Below are positions 10,026 through 18,829 of a DNA stretch of 64,000 nt, piece by piece. The notes beneath the pieces were generated by a model, which ran no database searches, was not told the DNA's origin, and was given only the letters and a program-made list of their open reading frames with translations. Each line of letters starts with the position of its first letter. The stretch's first letter is position 1. Position numbers and translations under genes: made by a program. The stretch lies in IMG/VR virus record IMGVR_UViG_3300042549_005931, positions 186,001 to 250,000 of that record; one strand, written 5' to 3'.

Positions 10026-11096
10026 TTAAAACCATTTACGTGGATTCATTTTCTTTCCCACTTTTTCTAATTCCTTACCGGCCTTTTTACCTGTGTCAAC
10101 AATTGCATTACCTGTCTTTTTAGCAGCATCATCCAATGCTTTCTGAGCGGCGGCCGCCTGTTCTTTAGCAACTCTTTCAGTTTCTCTCGCAGCGTCTTCT
10201 AGGGCCTTTTGAGTTGCTGCAGCTTGTTCTTTTGCAATTCTATCGGCCTCTCTTGCTGCATTTTCAGCTTCCTCTGCCGCTTGTTTAGCTAATTTTTCAC
10301 TTTCTTCATATGCATCTACCGCAGCTTCTTGTATTGGTTTAGTATCAACACTAACACTCAAATCAATTTCAACACCCGCGATTAATGCTACTTCACCACT
10401 AATACCAACTGTAGCAACACCATCTTCCATAGTTGCACCACCCTCAACCTCACCACCAACTTGTGCTCCGATACTTACTTCAGCACCCACACTACCACCG
10501 TTACCACTTTCATCGTATGCACCTGTTGAACCGCCAGCACCCACACTAACACCAGCAATTGCTCCTGCGTGTACACTTGCTCCATCTTCACCGATTTGGG
10601 CACTTCCACCCGCATACGCTTCAGCTTCAGCACCTGCGTGACCTTCTTGTGTAATTGTAACCCCATCAACCTCAACACTAACACTAGCACCCGCTTCAAC
10701 ACTAGCACTTGCTTCCACTTCTGCGGTAACACTTGCATTACGACCATCCCATCCGGCACTTGCATTGGCGGACGCTTCGGCTTCTGCACTTACATGGGCT
10801 TCCGCTTCAATATCAACACCACCAATTGTTGTTTCGGCACTAACACCAGCTTCCGCACTAACACCAACTTCAGCAGTTGCGGCAACTGACGTATCAGTAA
10901 CTTCAACACCCGCACTTGCGTGTGCTTCAGCACTTGCTTCAGCAGTTAAAGTTATACCTTCAATTTCAGTACTTACTGAAACTTCATCCTCAACACTTAC
11001 AGTTTCTTGAGGTTCTGCGGTTATTTGACCACCACCCGTATTGAAACCAATTTCAGGTCCGTTCTCTTCGTTTTCTTGTTTTTGTTCTTCTGACAT
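10026..11096 (-). CDS. Ala/Gly/Val/Glu-rich repeat protein with C-terminal coiled coil
   Basis: alternating AEAS/AGVS beta-repeats, then KEQAAA repeats. Confidence 0.6.
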   Translation of the reverse strand: MSEEQKQENEENGPEIGFNTGGGQITAEPQETVSVEDEVSVSTEIEGITLTAEASAEAHASAGVEVTDTSVAATAEVGVSAEAGVSAETTIGGVDIEAEAHVSAEAEASANASAGWDGRNASVTAEVEASASVEAGASVSVEVDGVTITQEGHAGAEAEAYAGGSAQIGEDGASVHAGAIAGVSVGAGGSTGAYDESGNGGSVGAEVSIGAQVGGEVEGGATMEDGVATVGISGEVALIAGVEIDLSVSVDTKPIQEAAVDAYEESEKLAKQAAEEAENAAREADRIAKEQAAATQKALEDAARETERVAKEQAAAAQKALDDAAKKTGNAIVDTGKKAGKELEKVGKKMNPRKWF

Positions 11097-11154
11097 TTTT
11101 ATAATTTGTTTTACTAATAAATATCAAAAAAGGGAGAATAAATCTCCCTTCTTA

Positions 11155-11406
11155 TTAACCTTCCATTTCGTTCTCTTTCTTTTTGTGTGAGAACTTATCC
11201 AAGGTGTCGGCACCCATCCCAATGCCAGTTATCAACATCACCGCATTTACCAAATCAGGTGACGGTGCAAAATCTGCGTGAGAAAATGAATTTAATATCA
11301 TAGTCACACATAAAAATGTTGCACCTAAAAATGCGATTACCGGTTTTACTGAAATTGAACCTCTTTCATCTTTAAAGATTTCAATTACCCATTCTTTGAA
11401 TTTCAT
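11155..11406 (-). CDS. small two-TM membrane protein (holin-like)
   Basis: two hydrophobic helices, charged C-terminus. Confidence 0.5.
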   Translation of the reverse strand: MKFKEWVIEIFKDERGSISVKPVIAFLGATFLCVTMILNSFSHADFAPSPDLVNAVMLITGIGMGADTLDKFSHKKKENEMEG

Positions 11407-11435
11407 ATTATTTGTGTTTTGTGTTTGTTTATTTA

Positions 11436-12071
11436 TTATCCTTCCATATCTGTGGTATCGATATCTTTTATCTTACCACAAATTAGACATTCTTCATCAC
11501 CGTCACCATCTGAGTCACCCCATACGTGTTGACAATTACGGTGGTCAAAATATTCGTCAATTACTCCATCACCATCAAAATCTAAACCATCCATTACACC
11601 ATCACCATCCTCATCAATTTCAACACCTACTTTGGTTTGTTTTTCTTCCGATTTTGATACTGTGGGTATAAATTCAGTCTCATTTTTAAACTGTGAATTT
11701 GATATTGCCTGTGTAAACGATTCTGGTACGATTGGACTATAACTTGGTTTACTTTCACCATCTTTATCATTAGTATTTGAAAGTGATATACCATCTTCTT
11801 CGTCCATCTTCTGAACTAACATTTTATCTTTATCTGTATCTGAGAACCAATAATCTACAATCTTACCATACGAACCAATAAAGGCCCCAAGTAATAGTAA
11901 TAGTAATTCTTTCCAAGCTCCAGTAATTTCTGCTTTAAGTACAATTGCTCCACCGATACCAAATACCGTACCCATAAAGGTCAATAACACAATAAGTGTC
12001 ATGTTCCATCTACGAGTCATCATCTGGTTTAGAAGGTCTCTAAATCCCGTGTTTTCTTGTTGTTGTTCCAT
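11436..12071 (-). CDS. membrane protein with DxDGDG Ca-binding repeats
   Basis: two TM helices; DEDGDG, DFDGDG, DSDGDG motifs. Confidence 0.6.
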   Translation of the reverse strand: MEQQQENTGFRDLLNQMMTRRWNMTLIVLLTFMGTVFGIGGAIVLKAEITGAWKELLLLLLGAFIGSYGKIVDYWFSDTDKDKMLVQKMDEEDGISLSNTNDKDGESKPSYSPIVPESFTQAISNSQFKNETEFIPTVSKSEEKQTKVGVEIDEDGDGVMDGLDFDGDGVIDEYFDHRNCQHVWGDSDGDGDEECLICGKIKDIDTTDMEG

Positions 12072-12088
12072 ATTATGTTTTTATTAAA

Positions 12089-12412
12089 TTACCAAGCTGG
12101 TTCTTTTTCTTTAAACTCATCACCTTCTTTTTTCTTAGGTTTTGGTGCCGGCGCGGGTGCTCCCTGTGCCGACTGTCCACCTCCACCACCTTTGTTGATG
12201 ATTACAGTTTTACCCGCAGCTTGTTGTTGTGCTTGATTTTGGGTAATGTTTATTACAGGTGCCGCTGCAGGTGCCGCTGCCGGTTGGTCACCACCACCGA
12301 ACATTTGAGAACCTAACCAAGCTCCCCCTGCCGTTACTATCGTGCCAACTGTCCCGATTAGTGTTTTTACTAATCCTGACATTGTTCCTTCATTTTGTGA
12401 TTCTTCTGACAT
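12089..12412 (-). CDS. single-TM hypothetical protein
   Basis: ORF with N-terminal hydrophobic segment. Confidence 0.6.
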   Translation of the reverse strand: MSEESQNEGTMSGLVKTLIGTVGTIVTAGGAWLGSQMFGGGDQPAAAPAAAPVINITQNQAQQQAAGKTVIINKGGGGGQSAQGAPAPAPKPKKKEGDEFKEKEPAW

Positions 12413-12441
12413 AATCTTTTTTTTTGTTTTTTTAGTTTATT

Positions 12442-12813
12442 TTATAATTTATTAAAGTCTGCTATCCCAAGTAAGTTTCCTTCTAAATCGAATAGACCAA
12501 TTCTATAAGCCGAAGATGGTAAAGCCTTTGTGTAAATCTTTAATAGATTGTTTCCTGCTTTAATTGTTACTTCTTCTTTTGATACTGACTTATTTGCAAT
12601 GTTTAATATCTTTACTACATATGTACCGGCAGTTTCGGTTTTTACGTTCATGGCAACTTCTTCTTTTACGAATGGTGTTTCCACTTTAATTCCTACGTTA
12701 CCCATTATTTGTAATTTTTCAGTTACTTCGGTTGGTGCCGGTACTAACATATCTTCACTAGTACAGCTAATAACTGTTAAAACCACCATTAATAATCCGA
12801 TTACTTTTTTCAT
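12442..12813 (-). CDS. lipoprotein with small Ig-like domain
   Basis: VISC lipobox; paralog of next gene (shared KIYTK.LPS). Confidence 0.65.
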   Translation of the reverse strand: MKKVIGLLMVVLTVISCTSEDMLVPAPTEVTEKLQIMGNVGIKVETPFVKEEVAMNVKTETAGTYVVKILNIANKSVSKEEVTIKAGNNLLKIYTKALPSSAYRIGLFDLEGNLLGIADFNKL

Positions 12814-12829
12814 TTTTTTTTGTTTTTTT

Positions 12830-13174
12830 TTATTTTACTATTATTATTGTGTTTGCTAACTGATTATTAAAACTATCTTCTAGTTTTAAATATAAATATC
12901 TGCTAGGTAATGTTTTGGTGTAAATTTTTATTTTATTATTACCGGTAATACATTTTATTTTCTCTCTACTAATAACCTGATTAGTATTTTTATCTATCAT
13001 AGTTACAATGTACATACCTTCTTTTTCTACATTAAAACTAATTTCAGTTTTATTTGAAACTGTAGATTGCTCTATCTTAAAAACATCAATCGGTTGAGGT
13101 ATTTCTATATTCTCATTTTTACATGAAATCATACAAATTAAAAAACATAAGAATGTGATTTTAATATTTTTCAT
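12830..13174 (-). CDS. lipoprotein with small Ig-like domain
   Basis: MISC lipobox; GNN.IKIYTK.LPS shared with 12442..12813. Confidence 0.65.
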   Translation of the reverse strand: MKNIKITFLCFLICMISCKNENIEIPQPIDVFKIEQSTVSNKTEISFNVEKEGMYIVTMIDKNTNQVISREKIKCITGNNKIKIYTKTLPSRYLYLKLEDSFNNQLANTIIIVK

Positions 13175-15105
13175 TATAGGTTTTTAATTTTAAGTGTTGA
13201 ACCATTTAAATTTACCGCATCTATCCCCTCAATTGATGTTATTCCAATTGTATTTGTTATTGTTTCTTTTGGTGTAAAAATTAATTTGTATTCCGTAGTA
13301 TCATCTAATAATCCGGTTCCATTATAAATCAAAGAACCAAAGTTTATATTATTACCATTATCATTTGAAAAATTTGTAGGATTTCCGGTAGTTGTATATT
13401 CAGTATTTTCGTATTTTAAAATATCACTATCGTAATTTAATTTTAACTGAATACCTTTTACCGATTGTCCTAACGTATTTAGTTTTACATTCACCACTAC
13501 CTTACCATCAACCATTTCACTTAATACATATGTGGAAACCTCCATAGGTGTAGTTAAATTCATAGTACGATTTACACTTGCGGTAGTTTGTGTATTTTGT
13601 GCCGGCGTATGTGATAAGTTTACGTCACCCTTTAGTGATACTACAACATTATAAACGTAATCAGTTATACCGGCATCAACAGCCAATGGGTAGTTTGCCT
13701 TATATGGAACATTTATAGACACCCAATTTGATTTAGTTATACCATCAAATGTAGTTTTATTTACTAATCTAAATAAATTATCTTCACTCCAAGTTGAAAC
13801 TATGGGTGTACCACCTATTACATGTTGTAATATTCTGTACGAATCTTTTTCATTGAATACGTTATTACCATCCACATCACCATTTAAGAATTGTACACCA
13901 TTTGTAAACGAATTACTTTCAGTCCCACTTAATCCTCTATTTGCTAACTCTTGAAACGCCAAATAAGCATCACCCACAGTTAACACACTACTATAAAGAT
14001 TTGATAAAGTAGCTGACGGTAATTTGGATAGATACATAACCATATCCGTTTTACTTTTAACAAAATCACTAATGTTATTCACACTACCATTTGTACCCAA
14101 CGCTAAACCCGCAGTTGCACTAACGGCAGTTGTACCATTTGCAGTATAGTTTTTTACTGACCATTGTGATGGATTTATCCCACCACCAAAATAAAAATTA
14201 ACCTTTGATGTTGGAACATCTATGGGGTTTATTACGTTTGCCGAATAAAAGTTTGTAAATGTTTGTGAATTTGGGTTAGTCCAAGTTCCATATTCAATCA
14301 CATATGGGTTAGTCCAATTGTTTGATAAATCGTTCCATTGATTACCATTCCATTTTGTTACAGCATAATTTTCACTTCCATTAACACCATTTGGTTCACC
14401 CGGTGCCCAGTTGTTATATACGCCGGTAATATTTCCCGCCGTTTGACCATTTTGAGTTTTCATTACAGTTCCCTTTTCGGGTCCTGCATCAATTACCCAT
14501 CTACCTTCCGTTACCTCATCGGTTGCCGCAAACCATATATTAGTTTGCGGTACGTTTGCCTGAATAAACGCATCTTCATTTGCAGATGTGATTGTCACCA
14601 AATATCCTGTTTGTCCTTTGAATGTTGTTAATAAAGATGCTGCTCTTGCTCCGGTATAAGTATCACCGGGAGTTATGGGTTTGTAAAAGTGTCCATTTAT
14701 TGGATTATAATAAAATCCGGGTGGATTTATAGTAGCTGATACTGATACCTGAACACTACCCGCAGTTGCACCTGTGTTTATTTTTAAGGTGGCTAACGCC
14801 GCATTTATATTTGCTTGTGTACCGGTGAATACCAATAATGTTTTATTACCTGTAAAATTAAATCCTGATGCCGGAGTTAAACCCGTTGTTGTGGTTAAAG
14901 TAAATGATGTACCTGTTGGTGGATTAATAAATCCTATTGATGCCAATAAAATATCGGTAGAAGTAAATCCATTCAAAACAAATCCACTACACGCCTGCCC
15001 ACTTACGTTTAATTCAAACTTTTTGGGTGCAGGTTGTGTAATGGATTGTGCTATAGATATACTACTAGATAATAATATTAATATTACAACAAGTAGTTTT
15101 CTCAT
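13174..15105 (-). CDS. secreted C-type lectin + dockerin-like + cohesin-like protein
   Basis: NNWAPGEPN and WND lectin motifs; GDVDGNNVFNEKDSY dockerin-like; GIQLKLNYD cohesin-like. Confidence 0.7.
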   Translation of the reverse strand: MRKLLVVILILLSSSISIAQSITQPAPKKFELNVSGQACSGFVLNGFTSTDILLASIGFINPPTGTSFTLTTTTGLTPASGFNFTGNKTLLVFTGTQANINAALATLKINTGATAGSVQVSVSATINPPGFYYNPINGHFYKPITPGDTYTGARAASLLTTFKGQTGYLVTITSANEDAFIQANVPQTNIWFAATDEVTEGRWVIDAGPEKGTVMKTQNGQTAGNITGVYNNWAPGEPNGVNGSENYAVTKWNGNQWNDLSNNWTNPYVIEYGTWTNPNSQTFTNFYSANVINPIDVPTSKVNFYFGGGINPSQWSVKNYTANGTTAVSATAGLALGTNGSVNNISDFVKSKTDMVMYLSKLPSATLSNLYSSVLTVGDAYLAFQELANRGLSGTESNSFTNGVQFLNGDVDGNNVFNEKDSYRILQHVIGGTPIVSTWSEDNLFRLVNKTTFDGITKSNWVSINVPYKANYPLAVDAGITDYVYNVVVSLKGDVNLSHTPAQNTQTTASVNRTMNLTTPMEVSTYVLSEMVDGKVVVNVKLNTLGQSVKGIQLKLNYDSDILKYENTEYTTTGNPTNFSNDNGNNINFGSLIYNGTGLLDDTTEYKLIFTPKETITNTIGITSIEGIDAVNLNGSTLKIKNL

Positions 15106-16733
15106 TACTCTACATTTAATCCAATCTTATTTCCTTTTCCATCAACTGCATCTGCTAATTCAGTATAGAATAAACCTGCTGTATTTGTTAGTGGAACATT
15201 AGATGTGAAAGTTAATTTGTATGGTGTACCAGTTTTTATTCTAGCAGTTTTAATTTGGTCTATTGAACCAAATGTTAATCTTCCATCTTTATTAGTTGAG
15301 AAGTTAGTTATAGATGAACCCGCATCAAATGCAATACCATCCAATGTTAATTTAGAATCATCGTATTTCAAAATAACTTCTAATCCAGCTAATCCTTCTT
15401 GTGATAAATTACCCGTTAAAATAACTTTATTGTTTTCAATTTTAGATGATAAACTTAATGTTGCCGTTCCTGATAATTGATTAGCGTATATACCTTTATT
15501 TGCAACTGTTCTATTCATAGTTCCTTGTCCACCTGTACTATTTCCTGATATTGGTGAACCAGGGTTAGATGAGTGTGAGAAATCCAAATCACCACCAAAA
15601 GCGTATGAAAATAATTCTACTTGATTTGCCGAAGTTATTTTAACTACGTTGTTTGATGGTTCACCACCTACTATGTTTGGAAATGCCGATTGCTTTACCG
15701 ATATAAAATTTAATTCAGTTGCATTTTGTTTTGTTATTCTTGCTTTTGAAGATACATCTTGTCCTAAAATGTGTGCAAATAAGTAATAAGCATCATTTGT
15801 ATTAAAATCACCATCATTAAGTGTTACATTACCAATTGCCTTTTCTATTGCGGGATATTGGAATATAGATGATGTACCATTTAATCCAACATCTGTTACT
15901 GCTAAAAAGGCTCTATAGGCATCTGTTACTGTTACTACGTTATTTAAGTAACTTGCTCCAAAAGTTGGAACAATATAAACACCAAGTGTATCACCAATAT
16001 TAAATTGTTCAAAATCAACTATACCACCAGAACTTAATGGTTTTTGTGATATTGGTGCTCCAGTAAAGTTTGTACTTCCATTGGGATTTACTTTTCTTAT
16101 TTGTACGGATAGTGATGTAATATCAAAATTAGTTGGATACCCAACTTTTACTCTAAATGCTGAAACGTGCTTCACATCAGCATCTGCAAATGATAATTGA
16201 AGAACTTGAGAACCAATTGGTGTGATAGGTGCATCATTTGTTCCTGTTGCAGTTGCTAAATCTAATTTATGTATTCCTTGATAAGTTGAGTTTTCTAATA
16301 AGATAAATCTTTCAGTTGCCCACAAACCATCAATTACCGCATCTGCTCTTTGTGTTGTAAATTGCTTCGATATCCAATCGTTATCTTGTGTATAGTTCCA
16401 AGGTGTTGAAGCATATTGTGCATTCAATTCACCAACTCCAATTGATGGGTTTTGTGTGAATTTATAGTTTGGCCAAGTTGCTTCAAAATTTTGTGCGGTT
16501 TGTCCTTGTGAGAATAAAGTAGGTCCTAACTTTTGTAAGTGTTTGTTTGAGTATTGATAACGCATCCAAAGGTATCTAGGGTTTGTAGTTCCTTTGATAA
16601 TATTATATCTTACAGTAAGTGTGTCACCAACTCTGTAAGGTTTTGAATTAACCACCTCTTGATTGATGATTAATTGCCCAAATGATGTCAATGACATCAG
16701 TATTAATGAGAGAGATACTAATAGTTTTTTCAT
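15105..16733 (-). CDS. secreted dockerin-like + cohesin-like protein
   Basis: signal peptide; VTVTDAY...FNTNDAY; GLEVILKYD; paralogous C-terminal half to 13174..15105. Confidence 0.6.
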   Translation of the reverse strand: MKKLLVSLSLILMSLTSFGQLIINQEVVNSKPYRVGDTLTVRYNIIKGTTNPRYLWMRYQYSNKHLQKLGPTLFSQGQTAQNFEATWPNYKFTQNPSIGVGELNAQYASTPWNYTQDNDWISKQFTTQRADAVIDGLWATERFILLENSTYQGIHKLDLATATGTNDAPITPIGSQVLQLSFADADVKHVSAFRVKVGYPTNFDITSLSVQIRKVNPNGSTNFTGAPISQKPLSSGGIVDFEQFNIGDTLGVYIVPTFGASYLNNVVTVTDAYRAFLAVTDVGLNGTSSIFQYPAIEKAIGNVTLNDGDFNTNDAYYLFAHILGQDVSSKARITKQNATELNFISVKQSAFPNIVGGEPSNNVVKITSANQVELFSYAFGGDLDFSHSSNPGSPISGNSTGGQGTMNRTVANKGIYANQLSGTATLSLSSKIENNKVILTGNLSQEGLAGLEVILKYDDSKLTLDGIAFDAGSSITNFSTNKDGRLTFGSIDQIKTARIKTGTPYKLTFTSNVPLTNTAGLFYTELADAVDGKGNKIGLNVE

Positions 16734-17242
16734 AGTTTTTCCGTTAATTTGTTAATTAATGTTTGACATGTTTTTTTAATTGAAGACGAAAGTGCTTGTT
16801 GATTTATAGTTTCACTCGCCTCACCTGTTATTATTGTTGATGTTGAAACTTCCGAACTGGATTCTTCAGCCACATACTCTTTTATTTTCTTTCCTTCTTT
16901 GTTTTTTATTACTCCACGAATAACAACCAATGTTTCCTCAACGTCTGAGTGAAATACCGATACGTTACGTTTTGTTCTATTTACATCGAAGTATAGAATT
17001 TCTGCACTAATGACAAAATCTGCAGATTCTGAACTTTCTACAATGTCCAAATTTTTATCTTGTAAAATTTCTTGAAAAATATTCTTTACCCCGAAAGCAA
17101 AATTTCGATTGCCGGTAAACTTTCCTATTTTAATTTTATTGTCAACATTTGACACACACACAGTCTGAGCGACTGCACCAAAACCAGATATTAGCACAAA
17201 GAATGCCAGTATCAAAAAAGTGGAGAGAGGTACTTTTTTCAT
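16730..17242 (-). CDS. secreted protein, CsgG/LptE-like fold suspected
   Basis: signal peptide; first gene of the surface operon. Confidence 0.45.
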   Translation of the reverse strand: MKKVPLSTFLILAFFVLISGFGAVAQTVCVSNVDNKIKIGKFTGNRNFAFGVKNIFQEILQDKNLDIVESSESADFVISAEILYFDVNRTKRNVSVFHSDVEETLVVIRGVIKNKEGKKIKEYVAEESSSEVSTSTIITGEASETINQQALSSSIKKTCQTLINKLTEKL

Positions 17243-17337
17243 ATTCTATAAATATGTGTAAAATCATTTTAAGTACATCACATTTATGTTATATCACATA
17301 TCTCCAAAAAATATTTTAAATTATTTTTAATACTTTC

Positions 17338-17368
17338 TTGATTTTGTCAATACTTATATATACATTTG
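17338..17368 (+). promoter_or_regulatory. Bacteroidota-type promoter for leader 1/tRNA array 1
   Basis: TTG at 17338-17340 and TACATTTG (TAnnTTTG -7 element) at 17361-17368. Confidence 0.65.
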
Positions 17369-17390
17369 TAAAAATTAAATAAAACATTCA

Positions 17391-17492
17391 ATGAAACGCT
17401 TTACACATATCACGTTTACTACATTCGCAACCAAATGGTGTGCGATGGGTGAGATTGGTATGTCTCGAGGTTTCGATTGTAATATAGGATAG
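17391..17492 (+). CDS. attenuator leader peptide 1 (MKRFTHITFTTFATKWCAMGEIGMSRGFDCNIG)
   Basis: 33-codon ORF between promoter and terminator; codons match tRNA array 1; ends GGA TAG TAA. Confidence 0.8.
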   Translation: MKRFTHITFTTFATKWCAMGEIGMSRGFDCNIG

Positions 17493-17520
17493 TAAGAAAG
17501 TTTACATTAATATAATATAA

Positions 17521-17556
17521 GAACCTCGGGACAAAATCTCGGGGTTTTTTGTTTTT
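17521..17556 (+). terminator. attenuator terminator abutting tRNA-Ala
   Basis: GAACCTCGGGA-CAAAA-TCTCGGGGTT + T tract; 5' arm complementary to 17463-17473. Confidence 0.85.
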
Positions 17557-17626
17557 GGGCCGGATGTCAATGGCTGACCATCTGATTTGCAATCAGAATG
17601 AAAGGGTTCGATTCCCTACGTGTCCA
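17557..17626 (+). tRNA. tRNA-Ala(TGC)
   Basis: TCTGA-TTTGCAA-TCAGA anticodon arm, G3-U70, bulged acceptor stem. Confidence 0.8.
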
Positions 17627-17659
17627 CAGTATTAGTTCTTTGAAATCGTGGGTAAAATT

Positions 17660-17732
17660 GTCTATGTGGCGCAACGGTTAGCGCTCCGACCTGATACGTC
17701 GGCGGTTGGTGGTTCGAATCCATCCATAGACA
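17660..17732 (+). tRNA. tRNA-Ile(GAT)
   Basis: cloverleaf, loop CTGATAC. Confidence 0.92.
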
Positions 17733-17737
17733 CATTT

Positions 17738-17810
17738 GGAGACGTAGCTCAGTTGGTAGAGCACCGGCCTGAAGAGCCGGGTGTCGGTGGTTCAAATCCA
17801 CCCGTCTCCA
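17738..17810 (+). tRNA. tRNA-Phe(GAA)
   Basis: cloverleaf, loop CTGAAGA. Confidence 0.95.
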
Positions 17811-17816
17811 CATTTT

Positions 17817-17890
17817 GACCTCTTAGCTCAGTTGGTTAGAGCACCTCACTTTTAATGAGGGAGTCCCGCGTTCGAGTCGCGGAGGGGTCA
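17817..17890 (+). tRNA. tRNA-Lys(TTT)
   Basis: cloverleaf, loop CTTTTAA. Confidence 0.95.
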
Positions 17891-17895
17891 CACAC

Positions 17896-17967
17896 GCGTC
17901 TATGGTGTAATTGGCAGCATACCGGTCTCCAAAACCGGCGGTCGAGAATCGTTGTCTCGTGGACGTG
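17896..17967 (+). tRNA. tRNA-Trp(CCA)
   Basis: loop CTCCAAA; atypical T-loop ATCGTTG. Confidence 0.85.
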
Positions 17968-17972
17968 CAAAT

Positions 17973-18044
17973 AGTTCTATGGTGTAATGGATAGCACCTG
18001 ACACTACGGATGTCAAAGTTGGAGTTCGAGTCTCTATGGAACTA
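17973..18044 (+). tRNA. tRNA-Arg(ACG)
   Basis: cloverleaf, loop CTACGGA. Confidence 0.92.
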
Positions 18045-18052
18045 CGTTAAAA

Positions 18053-18127
18053 GGTGAATTGGCTGAGTGGTCAAAAGCAACGGTCTGCAAAACCGTACAA
18101 TCGTTGGTTCAAATCCAACATTCACCT
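18053..18127 (+). tRNA. tRNA-Cys(GCA)
   Basis: cloverleaf, loop CTGCAAA, U73. Confidence 0.92.
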
Positions 18128-18128
18128 C

Positions 18129-18203
18129 GGTGACTGTCGTCTAATGGTAGGACAAAGGTTTGTGGTGCCTTCAATAAGAGTTCGATTCTCTTCAGTCACA
18201 CCA
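18129..18203 (+). tRNA. tRNA-His(GTG)
   Basis: loop TTGTGGT, encoded G-1 and CCA. Confidence 0.9.
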
Positions 18204-18208
18204 TATAT

Positions 18209-18276
18209 TGCGGGGAGGAGGGTTCCCAACCAGTCTCATAAGCTGTGTTTTCCGGTTTCGACTACCGGCCCCGCAA
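18209..18276 (+). tRNA. tRNA-Met(CAT), atypical
   Basis: TGCGGGG/CCCCGCA acceptor, loop CTCATAA, shortened D-arm. Confidence 0.7.
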
Positions 18277-18340
18277 CAAAATATTTTAGATTTTTTTTAC
18301 ATATATTTTTTTATTTAAAAAACTTCTTTTATATTTGTCA

Positions 18341-18477
18341 TAAGATAATGGTTTTCACCATTCAACGGATGTCGACAATCCAGAGTGGAACCTGAAAACA
18401 TAACCCTCTGCCGAGCGCTCATAAAACTGAAGAAGCAGTCAAGAATGGAACGAAACGGGTATTCCATCATTATCTTA
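18341..18477 (+). ncRNA. unidentified structured RNA
   Basis: 12-bp closing stem TAAGATAATGGT/ATCATTATCTTA, internal stems, TATATTTG promoter just upstream. Confidence 0.55.
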
Positions 18478-18480
18478 CAG

Positions 18481-18554
18481 GCTCCCTTAGCTCAGTTGGC
18501 CGGAGCGCCTCACTTGTAATGAGGATGTCGGCGGTTCGAATCCGTCAGGGAGCT
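18481..18554 (+). tRNA. tRNA-Thr(TGT)
   Basis: cloverleaf, loop CTTGTAA. Confidence 0.95.
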
Positions 18555-18560
18555 CAACAA

Positions 18561-18701
18561 GGTTCTATAGTTGTTTAGGTCGCCCCTTAAACAATGAGTG
18601 GGTTAATGATGGTTTAGTATTACTACCCGATATTCTAGATGAAGCGTGGTAAGTGATTAAACAAGTAATTAACGAGATGGGTTCGATTCCCATTAGAGCC
18701 T
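18561..18701 (+). ncRNA. tRNA-like RNA (acceptor + T-arm, expanded interior)
   Basis: GGTTCTA/TAGAGCC acceptor, ATGGG-TTCGATT-CCCAT T-arm, no canonical anticodon arm. Confidence 0.6.
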
Positions 18702-18750
18702 CAAAACATAGGATTAATTACCCTATGTATGGATGGTTCGAAACATCCGA

Positions 18751-18824
18751 TTGATTATGGTGTAATGGTGCACGGAGACCGTAATTGGAGCTCAGGATTA
18801 AGGTTCAAGTCCTTTTTAATCAGC
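18751..18824 (+). pseudogene. degenerate tRNA
   Basis: TTGATTA/TAATCAG acceptor, TGGTGTAATGG D-arm, GGTTCAAGTCC T-arm, broken anticodon arm. Confidence 0.5.
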
Positions 18825-18829
18825 AACAA

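Noticed and set aside
17490-17495. TAG-TAA double stops as a sign of stop-codon recoding
   Set aside because: Long ORFs are intact under code 11, several end in TAG, and no CTA suppressor tRNA is present.
17557-17626. Reading this tRNA as Cys(GCA)
   Set aside because: The 7-nt loop TTTGCAA centres on TGC, and G3-U70 marks Ala.
17616-18395. ORFs 17616..17813(-) and 18054..18395(+), and likewise 20682..21080, 23622..24038, 23893..24153, 24356..24577
   Set aside because: Shadow frames over tRNA genes.
18427-18460. Hammerhead-like CTGAAGA...GAAAC
   Set aside because: No stem II can form between the two core segments.
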